This document shows positions 1 to 7,304 of a stretch of DNA of 10,805 nucleotides, piece by piece (the first letter of the stretch is position 1; the number at the start of each line of letters is the position of its first letter). The notes under the pieces are model-generated. The model had not been told where the DNA came from. It was given only the letters and a program-made list of their open reading frames with translations, and did not search any database. A program made the position numbers and the translations under genes. Source of the stretch: an uncultured Methanosarcinaceae archaeon (GTDB lineage Archaea; Halobacteriota; Methanosarcinia; Methanosarcinales; Methanosarcinaceae). The stretch is from contig CAVRJG010000029.1 in the NCBI GenBank assembly GCA_963721455.1, positions 1-10,805 of the forward strand. The letters run 5' to 3'.

Positions 1-32
1 TTTATGTCAAACCACAAGTATAAAAAAGAAAT

Positions 33-773
33 TTAGATTGTAATCTTAAAAAGGCAGTGCTTGTGTCCTGTTCCATAACACTCAGTCTCAAGAACCCTGT
101 ACTCTTTTTCCAGCTTTCCTCTAAGTATTCCCTCGATTATGCCTTCTCTTAAGGTGCAGAAAGGTTTTCCAATGACAGGCATTAATCTGGCTTTGAAACT
201 GTCTTCAACCTGAAGAGCAGTGCTGTCTGTCAGGAGCACAGAAACCCGGCAGTTGCCGTGAAATTCCAGAAAACCTGCAATTTCCGTCAGGAGTCCTTCG
301 GAGGTCTCTGATTCAAAACTGGGGGAAAGATGCTTTCCAATATCGTTCCCTATCATTTTTACAACCGGGGCATTATCAATCCCATACGCTTCAAAGCCAA
401 AGTGAAGGGCATGAAATAGAGTTTCGGTAAAGCAAAACCGGTCATTTCCGTTTGCGGCAACCATTTCCAGCAAATTGTTATAATGCTCGATGAAAGGTTC
501 CTGAGAGCAGCCCATGTAGCGAGAAGTGAGGGAGTAAATTTTTCGGCGGCGGTCTTCGGGGTTATGATTTTCTTCCACAAGCTCGCAAGACCTGAGATTG
601 TTGAGGTGCACGGAAATAGTTGATTTGGCTTTTGCTGTAGATTTTACGATTTCGTCAAATGACCTGGGCTCTTCCCTGAGCAAATTAAGAATCTGGAGTT
701 TAACAGGACTGCCTATTGCTATCAGTCCTTTTTCATTATAAAAGAATTCTGTTTTGCTCTCAGGTTTTGCCAT
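33..773 (-). CDS. msvR: MsvR-type redox-sensitive transcriptional regulator (ArsR-family wHTH + C-terminal V4R domain), 246 aa
   Basis: N-terminal ArsR HTH (SPVKLQILNLL...KAKSTISVHLNNL...DRRRKIY). C-terminal V4R motifs GKPFC..EGIIEG and VLETECYGTGHKHC. Cysteines fall at 206, 232 and 240, the numbering I recall for the conserved cysteines of M. acetivorans MsvR. An MsvR-type box lies just upstream. Confidence 0.85.
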   Translation of the reverse strand: MAKPESKTEFFYNEKGLIAIGSPVKLQILNLLREEPRSFDEIVKSTAKAKSTISVHLNNLRSCELVEENHNPEDRRRKIYSLTSRYMGCSQEPFIEHYNNLLEMVAANGNDRFCFTETLFHALHFGFEAYGIDNAPVVKMIGNDIGKHLSPSFESETSEGLLTEIAGFLEFHGNCRVSVLLTDSTALQVEDSFKARLMPVIGKPFCTLREGIIEGILRGKLEKEYRVLETECYGTGHKHCLFKITI

Positions 774-801
774 AATATCTTTAGATAAGTTGCATTTTGA
801 A

Positions 802-809
802 TATATAAA
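802..809 (-). promoter_or_regulatory. TATA box for msvR (TTTATATA on minus strand)
   Basis: Good archaeal TATA consensus about 30 bp upstream of the ATG at 773, implying a very short leader. No SD is visible. Confidence 0.65.
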
Positions 810-812
810 TCG

Positions 813-828
813 TTCGCATGTCAGCGAA
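813..828. promoter_or_regulatory. MsvR operator TTCG-N8-CGAA
   Basis: TTCG (813-816) catgtcag CGAA (825-828) fits the reported MsvR consensus TTCG-N7-9-CGAA and overlaps the BRE position of the msvR promoter. Confidence 0.7.
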
Positions 829-839
829 GAATGCCCCGA

Positions 840-848
840 TATATATAA
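840..848 (+). promoter_or_regulatory. Candidate TATA box (TATATATAA) facing pspA
   Basis: Mirror-image partner of the msvR TATA across the operator. Other TATA-like words (about 857-864 and 908-914) exist, so the true pspA promoter is uncertain. Confidence 0.4.
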
Positions 849-1094
849 TAATGTACTTATAAAATTTGATTGATTTAAGAAAGCTGCGGAATTCGAAAGG
901 AGAGAATTTTATAGGATAAAAATACAGATAAACTAAAAATATAACTCCAACCAAAACAAATAGACAGCAAAGGTACCAAAAACGCCGGATAAAGTACCAG
1001 AAAGAATCCAGCAAGAATATTAAAGAAAAAAATAAAAAAAATAAAAATTCAGATCTACTGCTTGATGACTTTTAAAAAGCAAAGGGGTAAATAT

Positions 1095-1853
1095 ATGGGA
1101 TTATTCGCAAGGATGGAGACAGTATTCAAATCAAAGATGAATAAAGTGCTTAACAGGATGGAAGACCCGCGGGAAACGCTGGATTATTCCTACGAGAAGC
1201 AGCTGGAATTGCTCCAGAACGTGAAGAGGGGAGTTGCAGAGGTAACAACTTCTAAAAAGCGCCTCCAGCTCCAGCGTGCAAAACTGGTGCAAAGCACGGA
1301 CAAGCTTGATAGGCAGGCAAAAGAAGCAATTGCCGCTAATCGGGAAGACCTTGCAAGACTCGCCCTCGAGAGAAAAGCTGCCCTTACGCAGCAGGTGAGC
1401 GGGATCGACAGTGAAATTGCAGAACTCGAAAAGCAGGAAGAAAAGCTGATAGCCTCCGAAAAGCGCCTTTCAACCAAAGTGGAAATCTTCAGGACAAGGA
1501 AAGAGTCCATTAAGGCCCAGTATTCAGCGGCTGACGCCCAGGTGAAAATAAACGAGTCTGTTACGGGAATCAGCGAGGAAATGGCAGATGTGGGCCTTGC
1601 CCTTGAAAGGGCCGAAAACAAGACCGAAGAGATGAAAGCCAGGGCAGATGCAATTGACGAGCTTATGGAAACCGGCACACTTGAAGACCTCACAGGCAGC
1701 AGGGACGAGATAGAACGGGAACTTGCAAAAATCAGTACCCAGACTAATGTTGACTCTGAGCTTGCAAGGCTTAAAGCCGAAGCCTTAAAGGGGCCTGAAA
1801 AAGAGAAAAGTGGAGACGAAGGCAAAGGTGCAGAAGAAAGAAAGGAGGTCTGA
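1095..1853 (+). CDS. pspA: PspA/IM30 (Vipp1/ESCRT-III superfamily) protein, 252 aa
   Basis: Typical amphipathic N-terminus MGLFARMETVFKSKMNKVLNRMEDP, plus EDLARLALERK, a long coiled coil, and the C-terminal VDSELARLKAE. SD-like GGGGT (1084-1088) precedes the ATG at 1095, so the track start at 1062 is probably too early. Confidence 0.95.
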   Translation: MGLFARMETVFKSKMNKVLNRMEDPRETLDYSYEKQLELLQNVKRGVAEVTTSKKRLQLQRAKLVQSTDKLDRQAKEAIAANREDLARLALERKAALTQQVSGIDSEIAELEKQEEKLIASEKRLSTKVEIFRTRKESIKAQYSAADAQVKINESVTGISEEMADVGLALERAENKTEEMKARADAIDELMETGTLEDLTGSRDEIERELAKISTQTNVDSELARLKAEALKGPEKEKSGDEGKGAEERKEV

Positions 1854-1855
1854 AA

Positions 1856-2134
1856 ATGATAATCAGGATTATGGGTGAAGGCCAGTATCGGGCGCCTGAA
1901 GCTCTCTGCGATGAACTGAACCGGATCGATAACCTGATCGTGGATCTGGTTACGGAAGGAAAAGCCGAAGAATTCCGAAAAGAACTTGCTAAACTGATCT
2001 CGGAAATAAAGGAAAAAGGAGAGGCGATTGAAGCGGAAGAAATCCTGGAATCCGACGTTATCGTGCCCCCTGGAGATCTGAGTTTTGAAGAAGCAAAAGC
2101 CGTGTTTAAAGGCTCAGGAATCATTGAGGATTGA
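1856..2134 (+). CDS. pspAA: PspA-associated protein (PspAA family), 92 aa
   Basis: MIIRIMGEGQY...ELNRID...SDVIVPPGDLSFEE...G.I matches the family as I recall it. It starts 2 bp after the pspA stop, with a strong SD GGAGGT (1844-1849). Confidence 0.85.
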   Translation: MIIRIMGEGQYRAPEALCDELNRIDNLIVDLVTEGKAEEFRKELAKLISEIKEKGEAIEAEEILESDVIVPPGDLSFEEAKAVFKGSGIIED

Positions 2135-2201
2135 AGAGACGTAATTTAAGAAAAATTCCCGGCAGTGAAAACAGAAAATTGGCAGACCTTCAGGCCTGCA
2201 T

Positions 2202-2651
2202 TCATCGAATAATCATAACAGGAACTTTTGAGTGCCTTACAACATTTTCTGCCACACTGCCGATAAGGAACCTTTTGATGCCTGTCAGGCCCTGTGTGCC
2301 CATTACTATGAGGTCGATATTGCTTTCCTCTGCATATTCAAGGATTTTCTCAGCCGGAACGCCTTTCAGAAATACGGGCTCAACTTTAACCCCTGCTTCT
2401 TCCCCGAGTTTTTTTACATAGGCAGTTGCAACTCCCCCCTTATTGGCAAGATACTCTTCAAATGCCTCGCTCCAGCCCATAACCTTTCGTGTAGTTACCG
2501 CATGTTCAGTAGAAATAACATAAAGGGTATACACGTCAGCTCCTACTGCTTTTGCGATGTTCACTCCATAAGAAGCCGCTTTTGCGGCATTTTCCGAGCC
2601 ATCTGTCGCGACCAGGATTTTCTTGAAAAGATTCCCTTCCGTCCTATCCAC
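2202..2651 (-). CDS. Universal stress protein (UspA family)
   Basis: FKKILVATDGS; DLIVMGTQG-x7-IGSVAENVVRHSKVPVMIIR (ATP-binding-type Usp motif). The start is uncertain: GTG 2651 or near-cognate ACG 2642. Confidence 0.95.
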   Translation of the reverse strand: MDRTEGNLFKKILVATDGSENAAKAASYGVNIAKAVGADVYTLYVISTEHAVTTRKVMGWSEAFEEYLANKGGVATAYVKKLGEEAGVKVEPVFLKGVPAEKILEYAEESNIDLIVMGTQGLTGIKRFLIGSVAENVVRHSKVPVMIIR

Positions 2652-2782
2652 TCCCTTTTATGATATGATAAGGCACATCCTTTTTTCTTAGTTTAAAATA
2701 TATACTTTATTTTATTTATTAATTTAAAAGATATGGCTATTATATTAAAACTCCATCCAGGACGCATGAAACAGAAAACTTT

Positions 2783-3029
2783 TCAGTTACTGTCCTGAGT
2801 TTCACCCTTGAATTTAATCGTGAATTTTGTGCCTCTGCCTTTTTCCAGGTCAATACTTCCTTCGATCTGGTCGACAAGAGCGTTTACAAGCTGCAAACCC
2901 AGAGTAGCCGATTTCCTGAAATCGATTTCCTCAGGAAAACCTTTTCCGTTATCTTCAAAGATAAGCGTAAAACGCTCATATGTTCTGAAGCCGGGAAGGG
3001 GACTTTCGGAACCCGCATCTTTCATGGAA
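2783..3029 (-). pseudogene. 3' fragment of IS-interrupted sensor histidine kinase (HATPase_c G1/F/G2 boxes)
   Basis: FEDNGKGFPEEIDF...LGLQLVNALVDQIEGSIDL...GTKFTIKF. It joins in frame with the 4813-6155 part when the IS and one TSD copy are removed (...SSSEIS|SMKDAG...). Confidence 0.92.
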
Positions 3030-3037
3030 GAAATTTC

Positions 3038-4812
3038 GTATCCTCTTCAAATTGAGTGGAAAGCTTTGACTTTCAACTCCATGAGCTTTTTTCTCTAATG
3101 AGTTGAGCCAGAGATGGCATCTCAAATGTATTGCTCACTCTATCACATATGTACTGATACGCACTTATACTCAGTTTCTTTGCAGTCTGAACAATCGTCA
3201 TAAATGTGTCGTTTGCCTTTGTCCCTTCATCTGTTATGGTTTGAAGGCTCACATCTCTTTTTCTGACCTTTGCTCTCGCCGCTAGTTCCGCTGCATTGTT
3301 ATGCAGCGGAACCTCTGGCAAAACCAGTACCTTTAATAGATGTTCCTTTTTCTCTTTCGTCTTACTGATTCTTTCATCCAACTGTTCGTATCCTGTTATA
3401 ATCGAAAACAACTGATCAAACTTAATGGATAATTGCTTCGCTACCTCTGAATCTGGTTTTTCTCGAAACTTAACGAGTTCCCCATAAAAGTCCCAGTACC
3501 TATCCAGAAAAGCTTTCAGCTTTTCCTTATAATATGGTACTATTGGCCTCAATTTCTTGTAGTTTCTCCCATCATGAATCCAACAAAGAGCATGATGTGA
3601 TGCAACTTGCCTGAATTGAGGTGCATCATCACTTAGAAGTATGGTAACCACAGGTATGTCTGTACTTTGATGATATGCCGCAATTGCACCGGCTTCAAGA
3701 ACTTTCTTCTTAGTAGTTTTATACCCTTTGAGTGAAAAAACACAATCCAGTTTTCGACGCATTTCTTCATCACTGAATATTTTGTTTTTAAAAGAAGAGA
3801 GCTTTTCCATCCAGATTTGGGAAACATTAAACGTTTTCATCAGATCAAATGCTTCATCATTAAAGCAGTACGTTTTTTCTTTTCCACATAGAAGTACATC
3901 TAAAATATTTTCTCGACTCTTGTTGGGAACTGTAAAATAAGCAGCACAATAAGGATTACAAAGAATTTGAGTATAGTGATTTTTACCATTGACTCTTGCA
4001 CCTGTATCATCAATCTGCTGATAAGGCGAAGCCTTAAGACCTTCCAGAAAAATCTCAGCTTTCTCCTGATGGAAGATATCAGTATCTTTTGTCAAAATTC
4101 GAGAAATTGTGGCTTTGGATATATAAACACCAATATTTTCCAGAAATTCATGTATTTTGGGCTCTGAAACATTAGCAACATGGTTAAGTGTGATTATCAG
4201 AGATTTGATTCCAGGACCAAATTCACCTTTGATACCTGTGGTAATTCTCCTGAATATGTTTTATGCTCAGAAGGAGAATAAAATATCTCTATCCTGTAGT
4301 TGGTGTTCACAGGCTTTATGGATATATCCTGAATTATTACGTCCCTATAACCTTTAGGATATGCGTCACTGGGTAAAACGGATCTATCAACTTTACATGT
4401 TTCAATTCGATGAACCTCTATTTTGTCCAGTTTTGATTTAGATTCTTTGTCCTATGGATGCTCTCTTTTTCGTCTCTCTTTCTCAGAAGAAATATCTTCA
4501 TTCTTTTTAGAGCCACGAATCTTAGGTTTGGTTTGTTCACCTTTGAGTAAATTGATTTCATTTCGAAGCTTTTGGTTCTCTGCCTTGAGAAATTCTATCT
4601 CCTCGTTCTGTTTTTCAATGATAGCAAACAAAATGCGAAAAGCTGTAGCATACCTTTTATCCTCAATTTCATCAGGATTGATATCCAAAGATGCCAGCAA
4701 TTGTTTTAAAGCTTCGAGTTCCATCTTTTTACTCCAAAATATGATAAGGGTAAATGGAGCAACTATTATATTTTTCCTGTGATTGAAAATCCATCAAATT
4801 TGAAGAGGATAC
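3038..4812 (-). mobile_element. IS66-family insertion sequence (single-ORF, ISBst12-like organisation), 1775 bp
   Basis: Terminal inverted repeats begin GTATCCTCTTCAAATT (16/16 identical, 20/23 overall). 8-bp TSD GAAATTTC at 3030-3037 and 4813-4820. GTA...TAC ends and an 8-bp TSD are IS66 hallmarks. Confidence 0.92.
3073..4724 (-). pseudogene. IS66-family transposase (about 550 aa if intact) with in-frame TAG at 4454-4452 and a frameshift near 4237
   Basis: N-terminal coiled coil after SD GGAG. The frame stays open for 84 codons after the TAG (DKESKSKLDKIEVHRIETCKVD...YSGELP). A second frame open from 4260 gives GIKGEFGPGIKS..., DDTGARVNG, SDDAPQF, HALCWIH and LHNNAAELAAR (IS66 DDE motifs). 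Confidence 0.88.
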
Positions 4813-6155
4813 GAAATTTCGCTTGAGGAATCATTCCTGTTTTCTTCATTATCTCCCTCTCTGAAAAGTGCAATATGGATCTCTCCGCAGGTTCCTGCTG
4901 GAAAAGCGTATTTGAAAGAGTTTGTAAACAGTTCATTTATTATGATACCCAGAGAAATTGCAGTATCAACCCCGAGGAAAACGCTGCTGACATCGAGATT
5001 TACCCGGACTTTGCCGCTCTCAGTCGTGTATGACCCGAGAAGATCTGCTATCAGTTTGCGGAGATAGAACGAAAAATCAAGGGAATCCAGTTTTCCGGAT
5101 TCGTAAAGTTCCTGGTGTATAAGAGACATTGATAAAATGCGGCTTTCACTTTCCTTAAAAGCTTCAATTACTTTTCTGTCACTGAACTTTCCGGCCTGAA
5201 GATCGAGCAAAGACGAAACTATCTGCAGGTTGTTTTTAATTCTATGGTTGATCTCTTTCTTCCGCAGCTGCTCGGCTTTCTCAAAAGCTTCTTCGGCAAC
5301 TTTCCTTTCGGTAATATCAATGATCACACCTTGAAAATAAGTGGCTTTTCCAGCTTTGTTCCGCTGGATGAAAGTCCTCTCATCAACCCAGCGCAGTGAC
5401 CTGTCCTTTGTATATATCCTGTACTCGGTCCTGAAACCCCCGCGCCCTTCTTTAATGCAATTATCCAGCTCTGCCCGTACCCTGCCTATGTCTTCCCTGT
5501 GGATAATGTCTCCGTAAAGGAATTTGCCGGATGTAAAATCCTCAATTGTGTACCCGAACTGAGAGACATTTTCAGAAACGAAATCCGCAGGCCAATTATC
5601 TTCATTTCTCCATAAAAAGACTACTGCAGGGCTGTTATTTATCACTGTCCAGAGGACTTTCTGCACTTCAAAGGCTATTTTTAAAGTTTCTTCACTCTCT
5701 TTGAATGCATTTACATCTTGCATTGCACCTATAAGCCATCCAGTACCTTTTGAAATATCCTCATGTTTAATTTTTTCAGTGAGAAATATTTTCTTTTTCA
5801 GTTTCAGGGAACTAAGGTCAAGCCCGTAAATATTTACATATCCGTCCCCAGAAGACTCAAAAGTAAGTAAATAATCTTTATCGCCGCCTTTTACCTCAAT
5901 ATCCCGGGCTCCTTCTCCCAGGATAACTTTCCTGACAAAAAATAGGATGTTTGAGGGGAGTTTCTCTCCTTTTTGGATTCCCCACGTATCAAGCAGAGGA
6001 TAGCACGCTTCATTTGCATAGACTAAAGTCCCGTCTTTTTCCACCTTGAGTATGGGGTACGGGCTTGTAGAGAGAAGATTCTCCATCCAGGCAAAATCAT
6101 TCTTTTTATTTTTTATAATATTAACATCTATACCAAACGCCTCCGTTTGATACAA
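4813..6155 (-). pseudogene. 5' part of PAS-PAS-HisKA_2-HATPase sensor histidine kinase, truncated by the IS
   Basis: PAS motifs (SPYPILKVEKDGTLVYANEA; EYRIYTKDRSLRWVDER...FQGVIIDITERK), H-box EINHRIKNNLQIVSSLL and N-box INELFTNSFKYAF. It reads into the IS inverted repeat (YPLQI*), stopping at 4794. The start is uncertain. Confidence 0.92.
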
Positions 6156-6281
6156 AAATAGCTATTGTTATGCTAGGATATTGAGAGTTCTGTGTAAAAA
6201 AGATTGTTGTCATATATAGTTATTAATAATAATATAAAAAGAGACTTCTTTAAAATCGGAGGAAATACTTCTGATTGATAT

Positions 6282-6477
6282 CCCTAATTTGACGGATTCT
6301 ACTAATTAGTATAGTATTTTCACACAAAAAACGCGTTGCATCGGCACAGTACCTTTAGGAAAAATGAAAAACGTCAAAAATCAAAAAACGTATGAAATAA
6401 CTTTGAATTGTATGAAGAAAACAGAAACATGAAGCCCATTTATACATTTTAACATGTATGCTTCTGTCAAATTAGGG
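6282..6477. mobile_element. MITE (non-autonomous element), 196 bp
   Basis: TIRs CCCTAATTTGACGGA (6282-6296) and TCTGTCAAATTAGGG (6463-6477) match 14/15. Flanking direct repeat TGATAT at 6276-6281 and 6478-6483. No ORF inside. Confidence 0.85.
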
Positions 6478-6545
6478 TGATATAGTAAAATGATTTTTCG
6501 GGACCAGCTTTATCTGCAGTTGGAATGAAAATTCAAATAAATTAA

Positions 6546-7001
6546 GGTGGTAGAACCTGTCGAAAAAAACTACAAATAATTCTACTTCTCGCAGCAATTC
6601 TTCTTACTTCCGGCTGCACCGGAGGACATAGAACAAATCTTTCGATCTCAAATAATGACACTGAAATAAATGTCAGTCTCCCGGAGACAGCTGATGACAA
6701 CTGGTGCCCTGCAGGCTCACAAATTCAGGTCAAAAACCCTGCCACAGGTGAAGAACTTGATATGACAATTGTCGGCAACGAAAAGTTTGAAGGCAAAACC
6801 CTCTGCAAAGCCCTTGTAGAAACAGGTACCGAAGAAAATATCTCCGGATTTGAATACATATGGTCCGAAGACAAGAATACCACAGTCTGGACTAAATACG
6901 GCGCGCGTGGCAACATCTCAGTGAGGTACATCTACCGGGACGGAAAAAAGACGATTATGGACGGAGCCGGGAGAACGCTGGAGTTCGGCGAAAAGGCATG
7001 A
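6546..7001 (+). pseudogene. Secreted lipoprotein of unknown function, start defective or frameshifted
   Basis: The frame of ORF 6762-7001 is open back to 6546: RKKLQIILLLAAILLTSGC|TGGHRTNLS...NWCPAGS... This gives a basic n-region, hydrophobic h-region and lipobox LTSGC. There is no in-frame ATG/GTG/TTG before the signal peptide. An A7 tract lies at 6563-6569. Confidence 0.75.
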
Positions 7002-7187
7002 TGAAGCACATGAATTCACAGTGCCAAAGGTCAAATGGTCAGGCAGATTCCTGATGACATGTTTGATGTAAGTAAGAGTCGTGCCAATATGTAGCATGGT
7101 AACATCAAACATAATTTTAAATACCTCAAGATCCTATTTAGTGTCGTACATAAGCGAACAAGCTAGACCTTTTAAAACGGATTTTAA

Positions 7188-7304
7188 AACCGGCAATCAA
7201 CACTCCTACTGATTCCGGTTGAGATAAAGAGCCGACAATGGAAATCGGCTATCTTCACTCAAAAAAGAACGGGGTTCCACAATCCTTCCCCCGTTCCTCT
7301 TTTT
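7188..7304 (+). ncRNA. Candidate structured small RNA (three tandem stem-loops followed by oligo-T)
   Basis: AACCGG-c-AATCA/TGATT-CCGGTT (7188-7220), AGCCGA/TCGGCT (7230-7250) and GAACGGGG/CCCCGTTC (7267-7296), then TTTTT. The strand is inferred from the T-tract. It could instead be terminator structure. Confidence 0.4.

Noticed and set aside
781-1014. 77-aa hydrophobic ORF on the minus strand
   Set aside because: It is the shadow of A-rich intergenic DNA (F/L/Y/I bias), has a weak start, and runs across the msvR promoter and operator.
1190-2663. Antisense or overlapping ORFs 1190-1825, 1771-2124, 2131-2421 and 2232-2663 (also 359-580, an alternative frame inside msvR)
   Set aside because: They are opposite-strand or alternative-frame shadows of pspA, pspAA, usp and msvR with no recognisable motifs.
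2808-3098. Plus-strand ORF sharing EISYPLQI with the kinase C-terminus
   Set aside because: The shared peptide comes from the IS inverted repeat plus the palindromic TSD; it is not a protein repeat.
3103-4782. Short ORFs inside the IS66 element as possible tnpA/tnpB or passenger genes
   Set aside because: All overlap the single broken transposase frame, and none resembles IS66 accessory proteins.
6725-7112. Minus-strand ORFs 6725-6931 and 6918-7112
   Set aside because: They are antisense to the lipoprotein frame or short, with no motif support.
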